From Rozella allomycis CSF55 (taxonomy: Eukaryota), in assembly GCA_000442015.1 (NCBI GenBank), contig KE560931.1, positions 1-62,177 of the forward strand: a stretch of 62,177 nt of DNA. Direction: 5' to 3'. The notes under the pieces are model-generated. The model was given only the letters and a program-made list of their open reading frames with translations. It was not told where the DNA came from and made no database searches. Positions 24,372 to 37,600 of this stretch are shown one piece after another (the first letter of the stretch is position 1; each line of letters starts with the position of its first letter). The position numbers and the translations under genes are program-made.

Positions 24372-24740
24372 TCATGTTTTTCCGGCTTGGAGCCATCCTT
24401 CATATACCTGCTTAAATAGCAACGAACAGCGAAAGTCGGTGATACGCTGGCGGCCAAATGAAAACAAAACGTTCAGAATAAGCTGATGTTTCCCAATTTT
24501 TGATAATGTAGGAAACATAAGTTCATTTGATTTCCACCAATTTAGGGGTTGAATGGTTGCATCCACGGTGGACAGGTTAAGGTACTCGTCCAGTTCCGAT
24601 TGTGGGGTAATTTACGCTTCTTGAAAATGGATTGGACAAAGCCTGTCGCTGTAGTAGCCTTCTAGAGAGTTTGTGTGACCTCCTGGTTTTCAAAGGCTTT
24701 ATAATATTCCAATTTCAAACGGAGATCAAGCATGGCATGG
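24372..24740 (-). mobile_element. Degenerate hAT DNA transposase fragment (C-terminal dimerisation domain)
   Basis: AMLDLRLKLEYY ... ELDEYL ... PLNWWKSNELMFPTLSK ... FSFGRQRITDFRCSL; disrupted frames. Confidence 0.75.
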
Positions 24741-24958
24741 CCTGGGGTAAGGCTTGGATACGATAAGATTCCGCAACTATTAGTCTATTCGACCTCGTAA
24801 TGATTTGGGAAGGCATTATAGAAGAACTGAACAACGCTGGCCGTAAAATGGTGTGTCGATAGAGAAAATGTTATTTTTCCATAATTTTAAAATCCTTCTG
24901 TAGATCTTGAATCATGATAGAATTTCAAAGTTAAGCCACACATCTGCCACTTAGCTAT

Positions 24959-26685
24959 ATGATGAAAAATTTGTTGTGGTCTATTTTATTCTTTGCGATA
25001 CATTCATATTGCATAAAGAATGTGTTCCGTGTTACTGTTACTATGCCAGATGGCACGCGTGAAGACCTGGTTCGTGATTTTGACTTTAGCATTTTCAAGA
25101 AACCTGTCGTGGAATATGACACTATACGATTGGATCAAATGGAAATGGAAGGGTTCTATCCTGGGACCAGAATTGAAATTGAACCGGTAGCTGATTGGTA
25201 CTATATGGTACGTCTTCTCCACGATTTGAATTACGACATCCTCTGGCAAAGTCGCGACTGTTTCCGATACTTAAACTTTTATTCTGATCATCAAGATTAT
25301 ATTCCAAAATATGAAATAACAGTTCCTTTTCACAAAGCAAAACCTCCGAAGGATGTGGTGGCATTGGAAGTCATGGGTCATCCCAAATCAGGTCCGCATG
25401 AAGTAGCTGTTCATGTCTATATTTTATTTAAAGTAAAAAGCCTTGGTCCGAAATACGGTAATATATTTTATAGTCATAAATATAAGATTCTATTGCCAAA
25501 ATTACAAAGATGAGGGGTTTAAGGGTGTTCGACTTGACTAAACCTGATAGTTATGCGATTTTTACATTTAGCATATCGCCATATCTTTTGCACAGAGTAA
25601 GAAATGACAGGAACTTTCTCACTGTCAAATTGGAATTTGAGAATATACTTTTGGATGAAGGTTCAATCGCCCCATCTGACTACGGTTTTAATCATTACAA
25701 TCAGATGATAGCAGATGAGTACTTTGAATGCAAGGACTTTTTCGTTTTGGATAACAAAGATGCTGAATTGTACTGCACCTTAAATCCAAGGTTGAGATAC
25801 GCATTGGCTAAAAAATTTCGGTTTGCTTTATATACTGGAAAAAACAAAATTCAAGAACTAAAATATGATTTCAGATTAATGTATCAAAAGCCTGAATATT
25901 TAGTTTATGAGTATGACCATGCCAAATTTCATATAACAACTGGGCCGTATTTTCTACACACTGTGATGACACAGCGGCCAGTCCTGAACATAACTGACCC
26001 AATATTGCAGAATTTGAAATGTCCTAAAAATAGGGCAGTTCTTACTTTTCATGAAAATTGTATGGTTAATAACTACGACGGTGTCATCTTTTTAAATAAA
26101 TATAGCGAGGTCAATAATGAGAAGTTGGATGAATTTTTGGTTCCATGGGTTTTAAGACGAAAAAATGAGGGGAAAACAGGTTGCTTTCAATATGTATGTC
26201 CAGACATTGTCCAAAGGGATTCAAATAACCAGATTCAACTGTTACTATCACCACACTTAAATCTAACTCATGAATTTACAGAGTATAAAAAGAAAGGTCT
26301 TAGTTTCGATTGGGGAAAGATATCAGTGACAGTGGATCTAGGAGATATTTACAATTTTGACACAAGGAGATCAAGAATGTTCATTATTGACAGAAACAAT
26401 TACTTTGTTCAGCCAAAAATTATTGAAATTATAAAAAAAGGTAAAGCAAAATATAAAATTACAGTGTCACTTGAAGTCCCTGGAACTACTGTCCATAACA
26501 TAATTCAGAAGTGGTGTCAACTTTATTTCTCGGGGGTTGTTATCGATAAGGAAACTGGGAAAGGGAAGTTACTGGAAGCAGTTAGCTTTCATAGCAGGGA
26601 AGCCATGTCCGGCGGGAAAACAATAACTCGTAACCCTCAAAGAAGATTTATTAATGATATCGAATTCGAATATGGAAAAAAATAA
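24959..26685 (+). CDS. Unknown secreted protein, family member C (one 29-nt intron 25458-25486)
   Basis: Signal peptide; intron joins ORFs in frame (KY|DSIAKITKMRG); shared family motifs. Confidence 0.8.
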
Positions 26686-26740
26686 ATTACTTTAATTATG
26701 CAAGTTCATATATTTGACATAAAAATAGCATTTTTATTAA

Positions 26741-27724
26741 TTAGCGCTTTTTATAAATGCAAGGTTTCAATAAAGTAAAAGGAGGGTCTCTATATGGAAC
26801 ATTTTCTTCTTTTCGAAAGAAAAACAGCTTGAACATTTTATTTTCTTCTCGTTGTACCAGAAGGAATCCCAGTGATTTTAGCCAAACCAAAAACTTTTCT
26901 TCATTTTCAAAGCGACTAGTAACCTCAGCAATTACTAATTCACCCCTGTAAAAAAGTAATAAAAAAATTACTTGGAGTGTAAAATTCTCATCGCTTCCTT
27001 TATAAATGACGCATAGTTGACACCCATTAGAGATAACGAAAATATGACGGCGTCTACGCTTTCGTCTTTCAGTGGAGTCTAAAACATAAACCTTAAGAAC
27101 ACATCTTACTTTAGAAATATCACATGCAGTAATAAATTCGTTTGCGGCTACCAGATCGAATGAATGAATTTCATGAATAGTGTGAAGAGTTTGTGCAAAT
27201 TTTGCTTCACCGCAGCCCATATCAGCAATTTTCAAATTCTTGAATCTTTTGAAATGTGCTATGATGGCGTCTAGTGGATTCAAAGGCCATTTCTTGACCT
27301 GGGTGCTAAATCCTTCGTGATAAATATCGAAAAGAGATGGAGATTCTTGAAATAAATCGAATGCGGACCCGCTTTTAGTCGTGTATAGTTTCTCATTAAT
27401 CCACCGAAATCGACCGGCGTTTAAGTTCTTCTCCAGCTTTGAAAGTTTACTGACAGGCTTTTTAGCAGATTTTGAAAGCGCTGGAGTTTCCTGACTATTA
27501 TTAATTTTGGTTTCACTGGTATTTAAATTAATTATCTTCTGTTTTTGTGTTTTTAGTCTTTTTGTGGGCAAAATCTCTTTCTCATTTGGCTGTTTCAATT
27601 TTGGTTTAGACTTAATCTCATTAGTACCTGAAGGAGTTTTTCTTTTTTTCTTTCCCTGACTTCTTTCTGTACTCTGTACGGTTGGTGCTTGAAAATCCCA
27701 GTCGGGCACTGAAAAGAAACTCAT
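26741..27724 (-). CDS. RRP8: Ribosomal RNA methyltransferase RRP8 (spliced)
   Basis: GRFRWINEKLYT, YHEGFSTQVKKWPLNP, IADMGCGEA, IAEVTSRF, LLKPCIYKKR. Confidence 0.95.
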   Translation of the reverse strand: MSFFSVPDWDFQAPTVQSTERSQGKKKRKTPSGTNEIKSKPKLKQPNEKEILPTKRLKTQKQKIINLNTSETKINNSQETPALSKSAKKPVSKLSKLEKNLNAGRFRWINEKLYTTKSGSAFDLFQESPSLFDIYHEGFSTQVKKWPLNPLDAIIAHFKRFKNLKIADMGCGEAKFAQTLHTIHEIHSFDLVAANEFITACDISKVRCVLKVYVLDSTERRKRRRRHIFVISNGCQLCVIYKGSDENFTLQVIFLLLFYRGELVIAEVTSRFENEEKFLVWLKSLGFLLVQREENKMFKLFFFRKEENVPYRDPPFTLLKPCIYKKR

Positions 27725-27809
27725 GTACGACCAGCCACTCAACTCCCAAGTAAAATGTACAAAAAGTTTATTGAAATATAAATTACTGGCACAATTAAAT
27801 ATACTATTA

Positions 27810-28246
27810 TTAACGCCCACGGCCTCTCCCTCTGCCACGTTCTATATTCATCTAATTAACAATTTTTACGCATGCCAGATCCTGCTCTTCTACCTCGAAT
27901 AGAGTCTCCTCCGATATGATGGGCTCTCTTTTTCTTTCCTTTTTCATCCTTAACTTTTTCAATAACCTAAGTTTATAGTTGATTGTAACGCTTACTTCGT
28001 CCGGTACACGTAGATACTTTATCATATTTCCTCGAATAAAGCATTCTGGCATCCTCCAAAATCTGTCACCATCTGGTGATGTACAGATTACTTCTCTTAG
28101 GTTAAGATTCATCCAAGTGTCGCAAGTAACAAGATGGCCATTGTATGTCTCACCATTTTTCAGTTCTACAAGCTAAATATATAAAAAATAGCATGGTTTA
28201 CCATGGGAGAACCAAGAGCTGTGTTCAGTAACGAAAGTGGTAACAT
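27810..28246 (-). CDS. LSM4: U6 snRNA-associated Sm-like protein LSm4 (spliced)
   Basis: MLPLSLL...[24 protein letters not shown]...[19 protein letters not shown]-repeat tail. Confidence 0.95.
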
Positions 28247-28643
28247 TCAGTCTTCAGGAAATCAGAAATTTCAAAATGAAGAAACGCGCAACTCTTGAAT
28301 AAATCTGGGCGAGGAAAGTATTTTCATGAATCGGTATAATGAGATTTGCATGATATTCACGAAATCGAGACCACAAAGACTTCATCTCAATGCGCACTAC
28401 CAAAGAGACTAAGATTAATTGAGTCTTTGCTGATTAATTTCACACCATATACGCCATGCGCCATGTACAGCTATTAATGAAATGAGTGCTGGACTACTAC
28501 TCTTTGTAATCATCTGATCCTATAATTCAATATCACAATTTAATAAACGATTCCACAAATTGTAATTTATTCTTCCCACTTTCCTTTCTCAATCCCACCG
28601 CACCAAACTTAAAGCTTCCCAAAAAGTGCAACCCTGGTCCAAG

Positions 28644-31600
28644 ATGAACGTTGAAGAGTGGCAACGTCTTTTAGGCACAGGCAAGTGTATATAATAATAT
28701 GAATGCAGGCGACATATCAAGCTGTGTGAATTATTTAACGGATATCCGAGCGAGCGTGGATTCGCTTATCGAGTCGCCCGACTTTGTGTTGAATTTCCAG
28801 AGCGTGCTCCAATCATATTTTGCGCAGAGTGTTCCTGTATTTATTGACAATTATGAAAATGTAAAAAATTGGGTGTGCTTTAATAGAAATTGAGGCATTT
28901 GATGTTGGAGATTATGAACCATTTGCCGTGTAATGAGAGTGTGAAGCAGAATGTTGGGGCGCTGGCTGGATTGTGTATGGGGGTGATTGAGAATGATAAT
29001 GAGGAGAATGCGTTGGTTGCGTTGCGTGTGTTTGTTGATTTTCAGAGGAATTTTAGGCCGTTGATGGAGGATAGGGTGCAGCCGTTTTTGGATTTTGTGA
29101 TTGCGTTGTATGATCGGCTGCCTGAGCTGGTGAATGAGGCGTTTGAGGTATGTGGTGTAGTTGGTTGAAATGTAGCAGGCGGATGGACTGGGGATGGTTA
29201 CACCGCCACCTGTTGAAGAGGATGCGATTGTGACTGGAAAAAGTTTGATAAAGAGCAGGAATAGTTTTAAAGTGTTGACAGAGTGCCCGATTATTATTGT
29301 GATATTGTTCCAGCTGCATAGAAAGTTTGTGAATCCTAATATCCAAAAGTTTGTTGAAATGATTGTAAAGGCGTTGAGAATCCAAGTGTCGGCGCAAGTT
29401 GAAGCGCAAAACTTGGCTAATAAGAAGGGAAAGTTGTTTTCTGGGGTGAGTTTGGCTATAAAGAATCGAGGATTGTTTACTGATTTGATATCAGCACAGA
29501 TCAAGACAATGTCTTTTTTAGCGTATATTTTGCGTAGTTTTGCATCTGTGTTGAAGCCACACCAGAATGCGATACCAACTTTTATAATTCAATTGTTGCA
29601 AAATTGTCCACCTGAGGCTAGTGGGATAAGAAAGGAGTTGCTCGTTGCATTGAGACATATTTTGAGTACAGAGTTTAGACAATCGTTTATTCCACATTTG
29701 AAGATACTTTTAGATTCTAATATATTGATAGGTACTGGGAACGCATCGTATGAAACGTTGAGACCGTTGGCGTATAGTTTGTTGGCTGATTTCATTCATC
29801 ATGTGAGATTGGAGTTACCTTTACCATTTCTAGTGTTGACCATATCAGTTTATACAAAGAACTTGCATGATTCTACGATTAGTGGGAATATTCAAACCAT
29901 GTCAGCAAAGTTGTTGGTTAATCTAGTTGATTGTATTGTGAGTGATACGTTTCCAGTCGAGCAAAAGAGACCATTGCTAATAAAGATACTTTCTACGTTT
30001 GTTGATAAATTTACAAGTTTGAAGGAAGGATTGGAATTTTCCAAGAAGAATTTGAATAAGAAAGTTGAAGATGAAGGAATGATTAAGATTAGTCAAGGTG
30101 TTAGTGAGAATGTGAATGAGCCTTTTAGAGAAAACAAGTTTTTATTGAGGACGCTTGTTAGTGGGATGAAGAATATACTGTATGGACTGAAGGGCTGTAA
30201 TCCAGGATCGCCGCAGCAGTCGGGATTGCATGTGAGAGGGTTTTCAGCAGAGGAAAGTGATTTATTTATGAGATTGTTTGTTGATGGAATTGAGTGTTTT
30301 GATATGTATGCGATGACTAGACCAAATGAGAAGAGTGAAGGGAAGCCAACACCTGAAGGGTTTCCCAAGGGATTACCGCATTCAACGATTCCATCTGAAG
30401 AGAAGGAGTTGATGGATCAGTTTGCATTGTCATTTACAGTTATAGATCCAGCGTTGTTTTGTGATGTGTTGACTAGTTGTTTTGAGTACTTTATTGAAAA
30501 GGTTCAGTCGAATGTAGCATTGTTAACAATTCCGCAGTATTTTCTGACTGTTGGGCATAATCCATTTCCGAGTATTCTTTTGAGATATTTGATGAATAAT
30601 TTGGAAGAGATTGGAAAGAAGGATGAATTGAAACCGCAGATCTTGTTGAGACTATTCAAGTTGGTGTTTATGTCTGTGAATGCATTTGCAGAGGAGAATG
30701 AAGGTATATTGCGGCCGCATATATCTGATATAATAACTAATTGTTTGAAGATGTATAGGACAGCTGAAGAGCCTTTGAATTATTTTATCTTGTTGAGATC
30801 GTTGTTTAGAAGTATAGGTGGTGGCAAATATGAAGCGTTGTACAAGGAAGTGTTACCGTTGCTTCCATTGTTGTTGGAGACGTTTAATATGTTGATTGAG
30901 ACTAGTGAGAGGAAATCGTATAAAGAGTTGTTTGTAGAGTTGTGTTTGACGGTGCCTGTTAGATTGAGTGTGTTGTTGCCGTATTTGTCGTTGATGATGA
31001 GACCGCTGGTGACTGCCTTGAAGTCTAATAGTGAGTTGGTTAGTCAGGGGTTGAGAACGCTGGAGTTGTGTATTGATAATTTGACGCAAGTAAGATTGAA
31101 TTGTTTTATTGAAAAGGAATTTCTGGATCCAATATTAGCGCCCGTGTCTGAAGAGTTGATGTCAGCGTTGTGGTGTCATTTGAAGCCGTTGCCGTATAAT
31201 TCAGCGCATGCGAGTGCGACTGTTAGAATATTTGGTAAATTGGGTGGACGAAATAGAAGATTGTTTAAGAATAACACTAATTTGAGTGTGGGGAATGTTC
31301 AAGTTGGAATTGAGATGACGTTGAATGAGAGTTTGAAATTGCCTATGGATGAATTGATTAATGTGAGTTTTAATGTGTTGAAGGGAGAAGAAGAGATATT
31401 TTACAAGAGACATGCGTTTAATGTAGTAAAGGAAGGGGTTATGGGAGTGATGAATGAAGTGTGCCAAGGTGAAGATGATGACAAGATTGGGTTGGATTTG
31501 ATGGTTGAAAAGTATTTGAATAAAGATTTGAAAAGAGAGATAAAGAGTAGATTGGAGAATTTAAAGCAGGAGAGTAGGAATAAGAAGAAGAATGTTGTAG

Positions 31601-34600
31601 AGAGTAGAATAGAGCAAGTTTTGAAGGGAGAGATTGTAAAGAATGAGAATACGAGTTTGAAAAAGGAATCAAAGATGAAGAGTTTGGAGTTGATGATGAA
31701 GAGTTTATTTTATTGTTCAAAGATTGAAGAGTTAAAGGAAGAGGCTGTTGAGTGTTTGAAGAATGTGTATAAGATTTATGGGATATTGAAAGTGAGAGAG
31801 TATTTGGAGATTAGAGAATTTAATTTGAATTTGAATAGTGAAATTAAAGATATTGAAATATTGAATTGTTTAAATGAAATTTTGGTTGAAATTTTATCAA
31901 ATGAAAATTCAGAAATTGTGGAAACAGGAAAACAAGTTTTAATTTTGTTTTATGAGATTATTATTGATTTGTTTGAAAAGAATTATGAGATTATTGGAAA
32001 TTTGAGTATATTTTATCAAATAGCGAGTAGTTTTTGTACATTTTGTTATAAGAGTTTGAATGAAAAGAGAGGAGGATGTAGAGGATTGAAGTTGATTGTT
32101 TCAGAGATGTATTTTGGAAATAAATGGATTTGGATGCATGAAATGAAGTTTACGAGAGCATTGTTGTATATTTTGAAGGATGATGTACCTGATTTTAGTC
32201 GTGGGTTGATTAAAGAAGCGAAAGAGACGTTGAAGATGATATTTAAAGTTGGTAGATATCAGGGTGAAGATAAGGAGCTAAAAGAAGGTGGTTTGAATGA
32301 TAGTGTTAATGCAGAGAGAAAAACTTATTTTAATCAATTGATTTGCTTGTTGGTTGCTGAATTGTCTAATAGTAATGAACAAGTGAGAGAAACTATTAAA
32401 GAATCAGTTGAATATTTATCAGAATTGTATTCAATTTCAATAACAGAAATGTTTGTTCCAGTTAAAGATAGATTGTTGATGCCAATATTTGCTAAACCAT
32501 TGAGAGCATTACCATTTCCCATTCAAATAGGATACATAGAAGCAGTTAATTATTGTATGAAATTGAAACCAAGTTTATTGAATTGGAATGAAGAATTGTT
32601 GAGATTAATTCATGAAGCATTGGCATTAGCAGATGCAGAAGATCATGCTCTTGTATCAAAATCAAATCAACCAAAATCAGCTACTTTATTAACTAAATTA
32701 AGAGTTTCATGTTTATTATTGTTATCTTGTTCATTAGAATATGAAGAAATGCAACATCAAAAACAATTGGCTACTAGAAACAGAATTATTTCAATCTTTT
32801 TTAAATCTCTTTATGCAAGATCTGGTGAAATTGTTTTAGTAGCAAAGAATGGTCTTGGTTCTATTCTGGGTGGAAACAATCATAAAATACCAAAAGATTT
32901 ACTTCAAGTTGGGTTAAGACCTGTTTTAATGAATCTAAGTGATCACAAGAGATTAACAGTTCAAGGTTAACAAATATTATTTAATTAATTTGTAGGATTG
33001 GAAGGGTTAGCTAGATTGTTGGAATTATTGACGAGTTATTTCAAGGTAGAAATTGGAAAGAAATTGTTGGAACATTTAAACCAATGGGCAGATCCAAATG
33101 TATTAGAAGAAGCATCAAAGAAATCACTGCAAGATTCCCAAGAGATTAAAATAATCTCATCAATTCTCAATATATTCCACTTGTTGCCACCCACTGCTAA
33201 TATATTCATGGACAATCTAGTTATAATTACAGTTAAGCTAGAAACAATGTTGAAGAGAAGCAATAATAGTCCATTTAGAGATTCATTGATATGGTTTCTG
33301 CAGAGGTATGCGACTGAAGCGATTGACTATTTTCTGGAGAGGATAAAGAATAATCCTATTAGCAGATGTTTTGTGCAGCTGTTGGAGAATGAAAAGGCTG
33401 AAAAGCTGAGATTAGAGTTGAGAGAGAGTGCGCCAAAGTTTATGAGAGCTTTGAGTAATTTGTTGGAGAGGGAGGTTATCAATGGAATTCAAATCATTCA
33501 TGTAATGTTAAGGTAACGAATAATTTTAAATCTTCAATAGGTAAACAGAGTTAATAGCCTGACAATAGGTATTATGGGAATTGGCTGTCAGAGTTTCCTC
33601 AATTACTGAATTGGCTACAAGCATATTTTGATTCTATTTGTTCAAATGAAGGATTGAATGAGAATTTAATGTACTCACTGCGAGACACAACATCACCAAT
33701 GTTAATGTTGAGATCCTTGATAATCCATTCCAGAAACAATTTTAACATTAAACTGTTTTATTCAATGTTCAGAATAGTAGATTGCAATCCAACGCTATTC
33801 GACCAAACAATTTTAATCAATTTCATCTCTGAAATGATTCCATTAAATTATAAAGAAATGTTGAATGAATTTTGGACATTCTTTGTTGATCCAATAGTGT
33901 CTAATAACCAAAAGTTGTTTGTGTTGAAGTGGATGTTGATTCCTACTATAAAGAGGTACAAGATTGATGCAGAGTTTTTGGAAAAGTTTAAAGAGTGTGT
34001 GTGGAATGGCACGATGGTGTATCAGTTTGGTGAAATTGTGTTGTTGAATGTTATTGAAGCGACGTGTATTCTGCTGTATTGTGTACCTGAAGAGCTGAGT
34101 GAGTATAAGAAGGATATTGGAAAGTTTGTATTTAGTCTACTAGGTAATTTAAATATAACATTGTAATGATTAGGTAAAGAAATAGTTTAAACTTAAAAGG
34201 TGTGGATGATCCATTTACAAAGCAGGCTGCGTTTGTTGCCGCTTCATACTACATTAAAAACTTTGAAACACCAATTAAGCTAGTTCTACAAATAATAAAT
34301 TTAATGTTGAAAGCATCGCCCACAGAGACGAGGCATTTAATTAGACAGTCGCTGAATGTATTATTGTCTAGTCAGAATATCAGTGATTTGATTAAAGTGT
34401 TCCAGAGTGCGGTGATAGAAGAGGCGCATTTACCGCAGACGCTGATGATGGTGTGGCAGGTGTTGGTGTCGTTTCCAGATGCGTTTTATGAGTTTAGGAG
34501 TTATTTTATTCCGTGTATTGTGAATTCGCTGAGTAGGATTGGGTTGACTGTGTCTAATTCTGTTGATTCGAAGATGTTGACTGTTGAGTTGGTTGCTGTT

Positions 34601-37600
34601 ATTTATTCGTGGTTAGATGGAGGTGAGAGAGGTGAGAGAGGTGAAAAGGGAGTGGAGAAGAGAGATGAGAAGGGAGTGGAGAAGAGAGTGGATGCTCAAA
34701 TGAATATAGATCAAATGGATGTAGATCAAGAGTTTGAATTGAATTTGAATACTATAAATTTAATTGTTAATTATTTAGTTAAATTGAGTTTGAATGTGAA
34801 TAAAGCAGAGCTATTTGACAAATGCTGTTTGCTAGTAGGCAAGTTTATAAAAAAGTATCCCTCAGTGACCATTCAAATAAACAATTTTGAAAAGATATTT
34901 GTGAATGCAGAATTAACGATAGAAAGTACATCAACGTTGTGTGATGCATTGAAACTGATTGAGACTATATTGAAGGTTGATGAGTTTGATTCTGTTAGAT
35001 TTGTTTCTAGTCTTGATAAATGTTTTGAGAGATTGTTTTCTATTGATTATTTGAAAGTTAATGAAAGTGTTTTGCCTATTTTTGAAATGTTGATTGAAAG
35101 GAATATTATTAGTGAGAGAGTTGAAGAGAGGGAGGCATTGAATGAAGTTGAAATGAACACCAGTGCAAGTGCAGACGTTGTAACTGCATCACCCACTACT
35201 ACTACCACCAACCAGTCTAGTTTGAATGGTTTGATAAGTTTGTCTCATGATAATGTGATACAGCAGAGAAATTTGAATATAACATTGACATTTTTATCAA
35301 TATATTACAAGAATAAGCAAATGAATGAACAATTGTTGATTGCATTGTTGAGAATATTGATGATTTGTTCAAGAGACTTGCAACAGATAATAAATTGTAA
35401 TAAAACAGAATCAAATATAAATTTAATAAATATAGCATCAACACCCAATCTAACAAATGGAAATAATAATAGTAATAGTGTTAAATCTAGTATAACTTCA
35501 ATTCCAAGTGTAATGTTGACTATTAATACGTTGATTCTGTTGATTAATTTATGTTCTGATTGTATTCATTTATCATTTGAACACAAAAGGTAATCTAGTT
35601 TAAACTATTTTGAATAGAAATTATTTTGTTTCAATTTCAAGTATAGCAGAAAAGAGTAATGATAAATTATTATTAAAGAATATTTTTGAATTGATTAAGA
35701 GTTGGATTGTTAAATCAGAGAGTCCAACCATTAAAGAAAAGGCTCAATTAATGTTACGATTATTATGTCTAGAAAAAGATAAAGAATTATTTAAAGAATA
35801 TTTATTGCTAGTTTATGAAATCTACAAGAATCCAATCTATTCGAAATCAGAGTTGACTGTGAGATTGGAGCCTGCGTTTGTTTTTGGGTTGAAGAATGAT
35901 AATTATGAAATTAGAAATTTGTTTTTTGATTTGTTTGATGCTTCTATTCCTAATAGTTTGAATGTTAAATTAAAGTATATTCTGTCGTGTCAGAATTGGA
36001 GTTATTTTAAGGATTATTTTTATTTGAATCAGATATTCAATCTATTACTGCGAGTATATTCAAGTACTACTAGTTCAAATTCCACTTCTACTAGTTCAAA
36101 TCATTCAACTTCTACTAGTTCAAAACATTCAACTTCAACTTCTTCTCCTTCAATCTTTCAGTCAATTGAAAATTTATTGTTTTGTGATAAAAATTCAACT
36201 TGCTTTTATTTTACTGAATTATTTAAACTAATTTATTCAAAAATGAATGAAAATGAAAAGATTGAATTGAAATCTCTTCTTGTAACATTTCTATCTAAAG
36301 AATATCACATCAAATCACAATCATTAAGACCAAATGTTATTCAATGTTTCATGAATGCCATTTCTCAACTAGACCCTATCATTCCAATCTCTTGTCATCT
36401 TGTTAAATATTTAGCCAAAACTTTTAATTGTTGGTATTCAAGTATTATCTATCTAGAGAAATGTTTATCCAGTAGCAGTAGTTTTAATACTGATGATTCT
36501 AATACTAAAAATAATTCTTCAATGATAACTGATGTTCTATCTTCTCTTTACAACACTCTATCAGAAAACGACATGTTCTATGGCTTATGGCGAAGAAGAT
36601 CCATCTACACTGAAACAAACGTAGCGTTATCCTTTGAGCAATTCGGCATGTGGAAGCAAGCCCAAGAAATGTACGAAAGCGTCCAAAACAAAGCACGAGC
36701 GGGACATTTGCAGTTCACTGAATCCGAATACTATTTATGGGAGGAGCGTTGGATTGACTGTACCAGGAAACTGCAGCAGTGGGAGCTGTTGAACGAGCTG
36801 GGCAAGCATGAGAATAACTCTGATTTGTTGCTGGATGCGCATTGGCATAACTCTGATTGGATTCAAGACAAAGAGTTGATACTGCCGCTGGTTAAACAGT
36901 GCAAGAATAACCAGAAGAGAGTCTATGATGCGTTTCTTAATTTGTTGGCGATACAGGAGGGTAATGATAAGGGCATTGAATTTCAGCGTCAATATGAGAA
37001 TGGTAAGCAGATGGTATTTGAGTTATAATAGGTAATTAGTTCAGTTTAAAATGATTATAGGTAAGCAAATGTTAATGTTATTATTATAGGTATTCAAACT
37101 TGCTTGATTAAATGGCATTCTTTTCCAAATATTATCTCTTCTTGCCATATTCCACTACTAGTTGAATTTCAACAATGGTTAGAATTAAATGAAGCATTCG
37201 AAATTTATCAAAACTTTAATTCCAACAATAAACAACAAATGATTCAAAATGTCAAAGGTAAACTTATTAAATCGTTTTATAGTTAAAAGGTGCATTGTCT
37301 ACTTGGAGAGATAGGTTACCGAATATTTGGGACGATATTTCAATCTGGAGTGATCTAGTGGCTTGGAGACAACACGTGTATAATTCCATAAACAAGGTAT
37401 TCCAACCATTTGCATCAGAGCCCAATGCGGCACAGAATGCATCGTTTGCGTTTAGAGGATATCATGAAATTGCATGGATTATTAATAGGTTTGCGCATGT
37501 GGCGAGAAAGCATCAGTTGAATGAAGTTTGTGTTGGTTCTTTGAACAAAATTTACACGTTGCCTAATATTGAGATTCAAGTATTAGTTAATTTATATATG

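Noticed and set aside
23140-25513. Overlapping ORF pairs suggesting programmed frameshifting or two-gene operons in the secreted family
   Set aside because: Canonical 28- and 29-nt GT..AG introns join each pair in frame.
34618-36150. Short tandem repeats in TRA1 ([22 protein letters not shown]-type)
   Set aside because: In-frame low-complexity coding expansions; no repeat-spacer structure, so not CRISPR-like or mobile.
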